From positions 248,001 through 312,000 of the forward strand of contig QPMI01000117.1 of NCBI GenBank assembly GCA_004431415.1: a stretch of DNA of 64,000 bases, read 5' to 3'. A model generated the notes under the pieces. That model was not told where the DNA came from. It did no database searches and saw only the letters and a program-made list of their open reading frames with translations. This document shows positions 49,101 to 59,777 of the stretch, piece after piece. Source of the stretch: Cyanophora paradoxa CCMP329. Taxonomy: Eukaryota; Plantae; Glaucophyta. The position numbers and the translations under genes are program-made. Each line of letters opens with the position of its first letter. Position 1 is the stretch's first letter.

Positions 49101-52100
49101 CGTACTTGCGATCTCAAATTGTTTTTGCATGTGTCAAGTCGTTACTTCACGTTTTTCGCGCTATTTGTAATATTAACTGACGAATCGTCAGGCTGGCGTC
49201 GCACCTGATTCTGCTCGTGCACGCGGCGGCCCGGCCCGTCGCAGGGGCCCTCTTCTGGGGCATGGCCATGGCACTCTCGCCAAAGCTGCGGGCGCTGCAG
49301 CGCGCGATCGAGCGCGGCATCTACCGCCGCGAGCTCCGCCGCGACGGCCTCCTCACCGCCGTCCAGTGCAACCTGTTCGACGTGCGCCTACTGCAGCTGT
49401 ACGTTTAGCTCATCGCACCTTAGCTAATGTACACACAAATTGCAGGGTCCGGTGACGGGCTTCGTGCGGCGGGCGCCCGACGACGCCAGCCGCGTGCTCG
49501 CTGTCCACGTCCTCCTGGGCGTCCTCGACGCGTGCGGGCCTCCCCGCCGCCCGTGCCGCCTTCCGCCGACGCGCCACAGGGAGCCTCGGACGACCTGCGT
49601 GGGCCACGTCGGAGTCGCCTCGGGCAAGGAGGGCGGCAAGGCCGCGCTCTCGCTCTCCGGCTGCGAGTGCACCTTCGTGCGGGCCGAGTACGACGGCGAC
49701 GGGCGCATCCGCCGCCGCCTGCAGTACCGCAGCAACGCCGTACAGTGGACCGCCTTCTACTCGTACGACGGATCCCGCGAGGCAAGCCAAACAACTCTCC
49801 TGCTACGTAAACCGTCCCCAGCTGACCCCTCACAGGAATTCCCCGAGCACGTTCCCAGCACCAAGCGCGTCTACCAGGGCGAGGTACCAGAGCGTCTCGA
49901 TCCTATTTTTGAGGTTTTAATCTCTTGTATTTCATTATGACTTGCATTGCGATCGCCAGATGTTCGACGAGCCGTTGCTGAAGGAGGGAGAGCCGCGACC
50001 TTCGGGGCTCACCCAGGTGCATGGCTAGTTATAATTATAGCGATAGCGCTTGTTCTGTTCGAATTCGCTATTATCGATGCTGAGGTGGCGCGGCCGCATG
50101 CGCAGGAGGTGCGGTACGACGCGACGGGGCGCGAGGCGGCGGCTGTGGTGTACGTGCGGTTGCCGTGGGACAAGGCCTCGTCGCAGCTCGTCTCCGCTTT
50201 CCACAGCTTCCCGATCGACGATCGCGACCAGCTGGTCGACTCGCACGCGGTGGCCGCCGAGTACGCCGGCGTGCCGCTCGGCCCGCACCGCACGGGCGCC
50301 CTCTCCATCGAGCTGTACCCCCACACCCTCCTTCCGAAAGAGGCGAGGCCCCTCCCGCATTCCAAGTCCATCATCCCCCGATACTGAAAGAGGTCGAGGG
50401 CCTTCCGAATTCTCTCTAACGTCGACGTCGGGGGCAGGTGACGATACGGGAGGAAGGGATGCCGACTTTGCGCATGACCTATGCATGGTGTCATCCACAG
50501 CACCCAATTGTCACAACCGTAAATAAGCCGTTTCAATATATCGTTTGCTTCAATTTGCCAACCGTGCTCTCTTAGGTAAATGTACAAACAAATGAGCCAT
50601 GCGAAGCGCCTGAGCTGGTGAGCATTATATTCGTATACGTGCTGGCGTACATTTTAAATTTGGGAACGCAATTTAAAAAGCTGGTTCCAGGTCGAAAAAG
50701 ACACGCTTGGGCTTCTCTCCCGCCTTCGCCACGTGGCCTCCATCTATCAGGTCCGGATCCACCAGTATAGAATTTCCGAAGAGAGTCGGCGAGCCTCATG
50801 ATCACGACGGCTCGCTGCAGGACGACCTCCTAGCGCCGCTTCCGAGGGCAGAAGAGAATCCCGAGAAGCCGACTCTGCCGTCGCCCTGGAGCTGGCGGTC
50901 GAGTTCGAAGCGCCGCTCGCGGAGCGTCGCGTCTGCAGCGATGCCGACGGCGATGGCGCGAACTGCTCTATGGCGCGCCTGGGCCGCGGTGCGATGATCA
51001 TGAACCGCTCCAACGCGAGGACCACCGCAGTCACTTAGGAGAACTGCAGGGCGCGGTGGACGGAACGCAGGTTCGGCTGTGGGACGAGGCACTGCTGCGC
51101 GAGGAGCCCGCGCTGCGGCGTTACTGGCGGCTGCGGGACTGGGGCCTGCTGGAATCGGCCCGCGGGGAGCTGCGGGAGCGCGAGTCGGACATTGTCGCTG
51201 CGATCAGTTTCAACAACGAGGCACGCCCAAAGCCATGTCCGCACGCAGCTCGTGGCGGCAGTGTGACACTTCGCAGGGTGTGCGGACGCTTACGGCCTTC
51301 CGTACGTCGGACCTGTTCGACATGTGCCGTGGCGGCTCGTCGCAGCGGTTTGCCCCACCGCTCAGGCTCGCAGTCGAAGTTACGCACTTATGAAATAAAC
51401 TGCAGATACTCGATCGCCGAGGCCGAGGCGCCTGCAAGGGCGGGGCCGAAAGGGGAGGGGGCCGATCCCGACGACCCGGCAATTTTTGCGCGCTGGAACG
51501 AGGCTGCCCCGCTGCCCGTCACAAACGTCGACACGGGCACGTGGCCCATGGACGGCGGCGTGCGTCCCTGCATGCTCCAAATAATCTCTACCTCTGAAAA
51601 TAAGTATCGCAAAGGGCGTGGCGGCGTGCCGGCGCGACCTGGTCGACACGCTCCCTCATCTCCGATGGGACGCCTCAATCGAGCTGGGCAACGAGGCCCG
51701 CGGTTCGTGATTACCGCTCGAGCTTCGGTTTTCGAATTCGCAGAACCTCACTCTTAGTATCTCAGTGCTGCCTCCGGGCTACAACGTGACGCGGAACGTC
51801 CGCTCGCTTCACTTTACACCGCTCTGGCACATTTCGGGGGTGCGCTCTGGCTCATCGCCCATCAGCCGGCGGATTCGCTTTCTAATCGCATATGCACGTG
51901 CTCGCAGCTGCCGCAGGTGCAGCAGGCCGATCAGGAGATGGCCGCTGTGCCTTACGGTCTGCTGGCGGCGCGGCGCTGGCGGACTTGTCCAAGCATCATT
52001 CGGCGCTTCTTCGTTCCGGTCCTGCGTCGAGTGCGTTGTCTTTGGATTCGCTCCGCATTCAGAACCATGTTTAGCTGCAGGCCTTTTACTTGCAGATGAT

Positions 52101-52140
52101 ATTATAAAAGCTGGTTTCTGCCCTCGCGGGCGGGTCACTT
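40114..52140 (+). CDS. very large multi-exon membrane protein resembling fungal Gtb3-class GT4 polysaccharide synthases; 3' part absent or interrupted
   Basis: N-terminal FDGVLLAGV...LSGVLLTDLCVNSDGSPR...EVVRRFANL; multiple TM exons at 44.2-47.1 and 49.2 kb; ARTALWRAW, WDEALLREEPALRRYWRLRDWG, DTGTWPMDGGGVAACRRDLV (51530-), YNVTRNVRSLHFTPLW, RRFFVPVL resemble recalled motifs of that family. Confidence 0.65.
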
Positions 52141-52590
52141 TGCGTGTACCCCCCCGCCCCTCTTTCCCCCCGCTAGGGCCCCATTGGCGGCGATGGCCCG
52201 TACCCCCCCTCTCGCGAATGGACCCCGCGGAGACCCGATGGGAGGGCGGGGGACGGGGGGTAGGGCTGCAGCGAGGCCGGCGTACCCCCCCTTGATCCCA
52301 CGTACCCCCTTTCGCCCGCGCGGATGGGTACGGGCGGCGGTCGACTCCGAAAGGGCAGCGAGGGGGCACGCGCGTCACGGATTCACGGAGGTCACGGGGG
52401 GCGCGGCGGCCTGGGGGGGGGTACGGCCGCTGTCTGGAGCGGGGCCGGGCTGATTGGGGGGTACCCCCTGCCGCCGCCGAGGTGCGAGGAGGATTGGGCT
52501 CGGATCCGAAAAAAACGCGTTGGGATCCTAACATCGGATTCCGAGGATACTAGGAGGCTCGGGCCGAGGGTCCTGGGAGGATGGACGGCG

Positions 52591-52603
52591 GCATAAATAG
52601 GGG
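52591..52603 (+). promoter_or_regulatory. TATA-like box of a repeated promoter module
   Basis: GCATAAATAGGGG 35 nt before ATG 52638; identical at 60479-60491; both preceded by AACATCGGAT(T/C)C and CGGATCCG. Confidence 0.65.
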
Positions 52604-52637
52604 TTCGTGGGCCCATTCCCGGCACTCTTCCACCGAG

Positions 52638-53705
52638 ATGAAGCGCGGCGCCGACCCGAAGCGGCACCCGGCGCGCCTGGCGATCGACCTCAGCGACGAC
52701 GAATCGCCACCCAAGCGACGCAGCACGAGCCACCTGCCGGGCGTACCGCTGCATTTGGTGGCGCGGAAGGAGCCGCAGCCGGAGCCCGAGACGCTCGCGG
52801 AGATCAAGCAGGCGCTGAAGGACGTACGCGAGCTCGGCGGGCTCGTGCTCGACTCCGCCGAGCCGCACGCGATCCGATTGGCCGGCGTGTCCCGGCCGGT
52901 CGCGGCGGTGCGGATCGGGCCCGAGGCGACGGCGGAGGCCCGGCGCATCTACCGCCAGCACTTCCGGGGCCCGGCGGTCCGCATGCTGGACGCCGACGAC
53001 ATAGCGGACGTGCTCGCCTTCCGCATGCCCGACTGGGCCCGGCAGCCGACGAGCGGGGCGTACCGTAGCGCGAAGGAGACCGTGCACCTGGCCCTCCGGC
53101 TGCGTGACGGCACGTGCCAGTACTGGAACTGCTGGGACGCCTGCAACGGACACGACGACGCCCTGTACCGCGCCTGCTGGAAGTTCGTGATGCGGCGAGC
53201 GGTCCGCGACGAGACGAACGAGTTCTACGACTCCTGCAAGCGCGAATCGGGCGGCAGGCGGCTCACGTGCTCGACCTGCGGCGCCATCGAGGGCGACACG
53301 CCGCACCACGTGGACCACGCGCAGCCCGACTCGTTTGCGCGGACGCTGCTGGACTTCTGCCGCCTGCGGGGGCTCGAGCGACCGGACGGGCGCATCGAGG
53401 CCAAGATCTCGGCGCGGAGGGCCTCGGAGGGCGAGGAGGGGAACTACCACCTGCTGCTGCCCGTCGTGCTCGAGACGGTCCCGCCTACCCTTTCGAGCGA
53501 CTTTGCGGACTACCACCGCTCCCAGCCAAAGCAGCTGCGGGTCCTCTGCCGGGCCTGCAACGTCAAGGCCAGCAGCACCGCATCCCGAAAGGTCGGGCGC
53601 TACACCATTGGCGGGCGGCTGGTGTGCGAGCGGAACGGCCCATTCGACCGCGACAGGCCAGCGTCATCTGTCCGCGTCACCCTGAACGCCCGTAGATCGC
53701 CGTGA
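52638..53705 (+). CDS. DCL (DUF3223)-like plus HNH endonuclease
   Basis: Intronless; LALRLRDGTCQYW (DCL-like), MRRAV, CSTC...HVDH..P.SF, FADYH...LRVLCRACN (zinc-bound HNH fold). Confidence 0.75.
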   Translation: MKRGADPKRHPARLAIDLSDDESPPKRRSTSHLPGVPLHLVARKEPQPEPETLAEIKQALKDVRELGGLVLDSAEPHAIRLAGVSRPVAAVRIGPEATAEARRIYRQHFRGPAVRMLDADDIADVLAFRMPDWARQPTSGAYRSAKETVHLALRLRDGTCQYWNCWDACNGHDDALYRACWKFVMRRAVRDETNEFYDSCKRESGGRRLTCSTCGAIEGDTPHHVDHAQPDSFARTLLDFCRLRGLERPDGRIEAKISARRASEGEEGNYHLLLPVVLETVPPTLSSDFADYHRSQPKQLRVLCRACNVKASSTASRKVGRYTIGGRLVCERNGPFDRDRPASSVRVTLNARRSP

Positions 53706-53954
53706 CCCGCGGCATCATGCGTGAATGTGCGCGACGAATGTGAATTTGTACACAATCCCTGCCTACCCCCTGCTGCCGCCGACATGCGAGCGGGATTAGG
53801 TCGGGCGGGGGAGCCCGTTTGGCGGCCAGGAGTTGCGTTTCACGGGGCGGGGTGACTGTATTCGGACTCAACGCCCGTCACTTATGGGCGGACCGTCACG
53901 GTGCGCAGTGACGTTTCGCACCCCCTGACCGTCCATCCCGTGCGCCACCTACCG

Positions 53955-54105
53955 AACGGGTGACGCTCGCATGCTGACGGCCGGCTGAATGGGTGACGCG
54001 GACGACCGGGCGGGTGACGCGCGCGGGATTGGGGTGACGCCGCCGACTCCGGCAGTGGGTGACGGGTGACGCCGACATTGGAGGTGAGGGAATGACGCGT
54101 GACGG
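53955..54105. repeat. cluster of GGGTGACG direct repeats
   Basis: At least 6 GGGTGACG plus further TGACG copies in ~150 bp. Confidence 0.75.
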
Positions 54106-54805
54106 TGAGGGCGGAGGGGGGTGAGACGCAGGGGGGGTACGTGATTCATCAATATTCATATTAGGGCTAGACATGAAGGTCGACCGAGGACGACGAGACT
54201 GCCAAAGAGCCCGTGAGCGACACCGTGCCATCCGAGAGGAGGGCCGTCGCCGCGCCGGTCCCGAAGGGCAGGAGCGTCGTGAGCGTGCCCCGCCTTGCCA
54301 TCCAGCCCGAGGACGCCAGGGTCCAGCTCGAGTAGACCGCGCCGGCCTCCTCGACCTCCAAACCGCACGAGACCCCCGTGCCCGTCGCGCCCCCGACGTT
54401 CAGGCGGATCTGCTGCTCCTGAGCTGCGCGTCCACCACCAGGTTGCCGCAGGTGACGCGCAGGCCCTTGTCGCGCAGGGCCGGGCGTCGGCATCTCCAAC
54501 CTGTGCTGCTGCCTCATGACGCGCAACCCGGGGTTCCGCGACTCGCGCTCCTCCGAGTTCCCCATCCTGCGATGGAACGTCCTCAACCTCGGGACCAGCC
54601 CGAGACGCTCGCGGAGATCAAGCAGGCGCTGAAGGACGTACGCGAGCTCGGCGGGCTCGTGCTCGACTCCGCCGAGCCGCACGCGATCCGATTGGCCGGC
54701 GTGTCCCGAGGTTGCGCACCGCCGGCCCGCCCGCCCTGCACGACTCGCGCATGCTGCCCTCACCGTCACGCGTCATTCCCTCACCTCCAATGTCGGCGTC
54801 ACCCC

Positions 54806-54879
54806 CTGCGCGACCAGATGATCACCGCATCGGACGTGGCGGCCGTCCTCGGCCTCAACCCCTACTGCTCGCCGAACCA
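54806..54879 (+). pseudogene. fragment of a YqaJ/lambda-exonuclease-like viral recombinase
   Basis: LRDQMITASDVAAVLGLNPYCSP matches the N-terminal R..ITASD.A..LG.NPY.S motif; no downstream nuclease motifs. Confidence 0.7.
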
Positions 54880-55001
54880 GGGGTACGTGATTCATCAATA
54901 TTCATATTAGGGCTAGACATGCTCGGGGTCCTCGGCGCTCTCGGAGCCGCTAGAGTCGTCGTCGTCGTTCCGGGGCGGCGGCGTCCAGGGCTCCAGCCCC
55001 G

Positions 55002-55873
55002 GAGCGCATCTCCCTCAAGGTCCTCGACCAGCACGGTGCCGTCGACATCTACCGCATCAAGAGCACCAGCCGCCTCGAGAAGCTCTTCGTTACGCACGGG
55101 AGGCGCATCGGCGTGCCGGCCGACCGCATCCGCTTCATGTTCGACGGGGCGCGCATCCAGCCGCACCAGACGCCCGATGGGGTGGGGCTCCAGGACGGCG
55201 ACGAGATCGAGTGCGTCTCTCTTTTGTTCCTTTGCGCGCCGCCGCTGACTCTCGCGGGCCCGCAGCGTCATGATGGAGCAGGTCGGCGGCGGGCGGGTCC
55301 GCGTCATCGTGCACGACAACCTCTTCACCTTCAAGGGCTTCGGCCAGACCACCGAGGTCCCCACCGTCTGGGCCTACCGCATCGACTCCAACCTCTCGCT
55401 CGTGCACCTCATCGCGCACCACTCCGACCGCATGCTGCACCAGCCCGGCACCGTTTACCTCGCGCTCAAGGGGGAGCGCATCGACCCGCTCGACACCGCC
55501 GAGTCCCTCGGGTTCTACGACAACATCGAGCTCGAGTGCGCTCTTTCGTAGCCCTGCGCCGGCCCTTTGTCTGACGCCGCCGCACAGGGCCCGCTACGAC
55601 CCGGAGGCCATCCACGTCACCGTCAACTTCAACGGCCACTGCATCCCGTACCGCCTCCTTCCCCACATGCAGATCGGCCGCATCTTCGACTCGTACCGCA
55701 AGCCCCTCGGGATGTGGCCCGACTCGATGCGCATCCTCTTCAACGGCATGCGAGTCCAGCCGTGGCAGATGCCCGCGGAGGTCGGGCTGTCCAGTGGCGA
55801 CGAGATCGATATTTTGAGCGGCCAGGAGGGCGGAGGTGTTCCAGAAGACCCAGCGGGCGAAACTCGTCAGTGA
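55002..55873 (+). CDS. tandem triple SUMO-like (Rad60-SLD/SUMO fold) protein, 2 introns; start unresolved
   Basis: ERISLKVLDQHG...YRIKSTSRLEKLF...IRFMFDGARIQPHQTPDGVGLQDGDEID|VMMEQVGG; unit 2 ...LKGERIDPLDTAESLGFYDNIELE; unit 3 ...MRILFNGMRVQPWQMPAEVGLSSGDEIDILSGQEGG; introns 55211-55265 and 55536-55587. Confidence 0.88.
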
Positions 55874-56057
55874 GCCGCGGTCCGCCAGCTGCAACCCCCC
55901 CGGGTGCGCGTCGAACCGGTTGCGAACGTCCTCGTAGGCACCGGCCGGCTCCCATATTTACCAAAAGTTTCGCGATCGAGCGCCCAGCAGCTCACGTAAT
56001 AATTAATTTTAACCCACCGCCTGGGTCGCCGACGTCCAGCGCCGCGCCAGGTCGGCC

Positions 56058-57744
56058 ATGCGCGAGTACGACTCGACCAGCCCTCGCTGGACGTCGCCGC
56101 CGCCCTCAACGTCGTGGGCCACATGGGCGAGGCGACCTTCCAGGCCGTCGTCGAGACCTCGCGCCCGCTCAAGGCCGTCGTCGGGCGCGAGAACTTCGCC
56201 TACTTCAACCCCATCGACATCATGGACGGCTTCCTCGCCTCGGACCACACCAGCGCCACCGCCATCCGTTCGCGCGTCCACTCCGAGGTCGGCGCCTTCC
56301 TCGCCGACTCCCAGTCCCTCCGCTACGTCCACTTCCGCACCGCCCTGCCCCTCAACCTGCTCCTGGCGCACATGGCGATGCGCGACGCCACCATCGTCGT
56401 GCGCTACCCCCCTTGCCCCTTCTACCGCTGCCCCCCTGACCCCTGCTACCCCTGCAGATCGCCGCCGTTCACGCGGGGTGCGACGGCGGCGCGTCGGGCC
56501 CCGTCGACATCGACTCGACCCGCGCGCTGGCCTCGGCGGTCTACGGCTACACTGTCGAGATCATGGACACCTTCTACACCGCCTTCAAGCGCGCGATGGG
56601 CTCCCAGTCCGACGAGTCCGACCTCGAGGCCGAGCTCAAGTCCATCGCCGACCCCGGCGACAGGATCAAGTGCACCGGCAAGACCCGCACGCTCCTCAAC
56701 AACCTCGAGAACAAGTGCGACGCCAACGAGCCGCACCGCCACGTCGACTTCCCCCCCGGCGGCTCGTGCATCTCCCAGATCGACCTCCGGCCCAAGACCG
56801 TCGCCCCCTGCAACGAGCGCCTCAGTCTCTCCTCGACCATCCGCCCCGAGTTCATCCTGGCCCAGCGCAAGTTCACGCGGGGCCTCCGCTGCATCTACGA
56901 GTCGATGATCCAGCCCGGCGTCGTTGAGGACGAGTCCGTCAGCCCCCCCGTCGTCATCGATCTCTCCCCCAACGCGGCCAACATGGGGGGCGCCTTCCCC
57001 GTGCTCTTCAACCTCGTCGCCTTCGCCCTCCGCAACCACGACCGCGGCGAGGGCGTCCGCTACGGGTTCCGCCACGTCGCCTCCATGAACCTCGAGACCC
57101 GCGGCACCTTCACCGTCTCCTTCACCCCGCACGTCATCGGCCAGTGCGACGTCATCTTCGTGCACGCGCTGACCTGGGTCGACTGGCGCAACGGCGAGGT
57201 CCCCAACAAGAAGCGCCCGTTCTGGAGCGAGGTGATCGGCCACGGTCTCGGCGCGGTCCTTCACGTCGCCAACCAGCCGACCCCCTTCCCCGTCGTGTGG
57301 ACCCGCGACCAGACCGAGAAGCTCTCCGGCTGCCACATCGACCCGCTCTTCAACTCGATGCGCTTCGGTGGCAACGCGGAGCTCCTCGAGCTCTACCCCA
57401 TCATCGAGATCCCGCCGCAGGCCTTCTGGCTCGGCGCGGGCCCCCTCCCCCTGGGGGCGACCGTCACGATGGTGATCATCGGGGGTCCGCCGCAGATGCG
57501 AGCGCCAGGGGCCAGGGGCGAGGTCGTCGATGAGCGATTCGTCCCCGGAGTAGAGGCGCAAAAAGTTCGTGTGTCCAAAGGTCCGCTTGAAGTACTTGGC
57601 GCCGCGGCCGGGCGCGGACGTCCTGCGCAGGCGAACGCGCGCGCAAGTGTCAGGCGAACGCTCGCGTGTCAAATTAACCAAGAGCGCACCCGCTCGGGCG
57701 CCGCCAACATCCAGGTCATGCCGACCGTCCTCGGCTTCAAGTAG
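56058..57744 (+). CDS. uncharacterised ~540-aa protein, one intron, apparent frameshift near start
   Basis: Strong GC3 codon bias; intron 56399-56457 joins ORF 56114 in frame to ORF 56563-57744. Confidence 0.65.
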
Positions 57745-58169
57745 TTTTCGTGTTCCCGCGAGAGCGCGTTAGGGCCCGCAATCCCCCGCGATCACCGCCC
57801 AGCAACTCGTCGTCCTCCTCGACGCCCACCCCGCCACCTGGGCCGCGCGGACCGCCATGTCGCCGGGGTCCCGCTCGGCCCGATCGTACAGCCAGCGCTC
57901 CATGTGACGCCCAGAGCGCCACCGCAGGGTCGGGGGCGGTTGTGTGCCGCTAGTGCGCATCCCCGCAACCTCGGGCGGCCTGCATTTTTGGCGGTCGTAC
58001 TTAATGAATTTCTTCGCGATCGAACGACTCGGTCCCAGGGTCCCACTTTTTGACTTGGGCTGGGGCGTGATGCCCGACGTCCAGTACCGAATGGCGTCCT
58101 GCGCTTGGGGGCGGGGGTCGAGGCGTTCTGCATTTCCGGGATCGCCGCGGGCAGACTGGGAATGGGCGG

Positions 58170-58609
58170 TGGGTGCAGAACGGCGACATCCTCGAGTGCG
58201 TTTCTCCTTTCGCGTCTACCCCGCGCCCCCCTGACTTTTCGCGTACAGCTACGAGCCGGCCCAGACCGGCGGCGGCCGCTCCGAGCCCACCGAGTTCGAC
58301 GACGAGCCCGCGCCCGAGCCGGAGTGGCGCGAGGTCGGCGACGGCCTCGTGCAGACCGTCGTGCCCGTCTCCATGCCCCGCTACGTCCTCGAGGGATTCG
58401 CGCGGCTCCCGCTGGAGGGGCGCTGGGACATGCAGAGGCTGATGGACGACGAGTTCCACAGGAGCGCGCAGAGGGCCGCGGCGTTGTGCGGGCCCAACAC
58501 GCCCCTCTCGACGCTGCGGATCCTCATAGCCCAGCAGGCGCAGGACGACTTTTACGCCACGATTCTTCCCGCCCTAGATACGTTCCTGATCGAGCGCGGG
58601 CTGTTCTAG
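58170..58609 (+). CDS. SUMO C-terminal segment (QTGG) fused to an orphan helical domain; 5' part missing or unresolved
   Basis: VQNGDILD|YEPAQTGGG after removing intron 58196-58248, continuing in frame to ...DTFLIERGLF*. Confidence 0.65.
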
Positions 58610-58637
58610 TTTTTTTGAGCAGAGTTGTGTGTCTTCA

Positions 58638-59777
58638 ATGGATTCCCAACAGACCCCGAACCCAGGAAGAGAGATACTACAGGGGATAGACAGGAGCTTT
58701 GAAATGTACTTCAATGCGCGGCGATCAAACCAAGACATGAGTGAGAGCGTGAATCTGCTCATGGAAACACTAGAGCGGGCGTTCCCGGCAAGGGGGCCGG
58801 ATCGGATACTGGAAAACGCCCTCGTAACGACCCACAAGGTCTTGCGACTCCAGGACAATCCCCAGATTCTCCAAAATGCTCTGGAGCCAGCAATTGAGAG
58901 AGACGACCGTGCCAAGTTCTTCCTGAGTCTTGTACTAGATAGGTACAGAAAGATAGACCTGTACTTTTCGCAGGAGGGCGCGTCCTCCGACGAAACCGAC
59001 GAGCCCAGCGAGCCCAGTGAGCCCGACGAGCCCGACGGGCCCCGCGAGCCCGGGTTGATAGGGCGTGTACTCGGAAGTTTCATCGCGCAGACCCCGCAGG
59101 CACTCCGGGACCGGATGCAGAGAGTGGGCGCCACAACCCCAGCGGTCATCGATGCGGCCGCCCCACCCCTCGCCCCCCCGCAGGCCTTTGGTACCCCCCC
59201 GCAGACCTCATCCTCTCCCGCGGGGTGGACAGAGAGAGCAAGACGGGCCGCCGGGGGGCTTTTTGGCAGGCGCAGGGGGGCCGCAGCCTCCGCGGTATCC
59301 CCCGCAGGCCCCGCAGGCCCCGCAGCCGCCTCAGCCACCGCAAACCCCGCAGCCCCCGCAGCCTCTTCCACAGCCGCCGCAGCCGCCGGGGGGCTCATCG
59401 CGGGCCCTGCAGCTGCGACGAGGGGCGAGTTCCAGATGCAGACGGATCCGGAACCGGGGCCGGAGAGGCGGTCGATTGCCGTGGGGGGCGATGAGCCCAT
59501 CTTCCGTCTACCCCGCAACCGCATCCGATTCCAGCCTTCTTTTGCCCCGTACCCCTACTACCCCCCGCCCCTCGAGTCGCCGCGCAGGCCCCTCCCGCCC
59601 CCGATCCCGCTCCTTCCGGGGCTGCAGCAGATCCCTCACGATTACGCAAGGCTCACAGGACAGGGAGGCTGGTCTAACGGCTACGGAGGCTACCAGGGCT
59701 ACGGAGGCTACGGGGGCTACGGCGCGCGACAGGGGCCGACTTCTGCTTTCGGATCGTGGCCAGGCGCTTGGCGGTGA
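58638..59777 (+). CDS. orphan intronless protein, helical N-terminus, Ala/Pro/Gly-Tyr low-complexity C-terminus
   Basis: Long ORF with different codon usage in its N-terminal part; GGYQGYGGYGGYG tail. Confidence 0.65.
   Translation: MDSQQTPNPGREILQGIDRSFEMYFNARRSNQDMSESVNLLMETLERAFPARGPDRILENALVTTHKVLRLQDNPQILQNALEPAIERDDRAKFFLSLVLDRYRKIDLYFSQEGASSDETDEPSEPSEPDEPDGPREPGLIGRVLGSFIAQTPQALRDRMQRVGATTPAVIDAAAPPLAPPQAFGTPPQTSSSPAGWTERARRAAGGLFGRRRGAAASAVSPAGPAGPAAASATANPAAPAASSTAAAAAGGLIAGPAAATRGEFQMQTDPEPGPERRSIAVGGDEPIFRLPRNRIRFQPSFAPYPYYPPPLESPRRPLPPPIPLLPGLQQIPHDYARLTGQGGWSNGYGGYQGYGGYGGYGARQGPTSAFGSWPGAWR

Noticed and set aside
54919-54953. 26-nt intron that would put ATG 54919 in frame with the SUMO units
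   Set aside because: Much shorter than other introns here and no branch site; a frameshift or rearranged 5' end is equally plausible
52392-57681. Minus-strand ORFs 52392-53516 and 56446-57681
   Set aside because: Antisense mirrors of high-GC3 plus-strand genes
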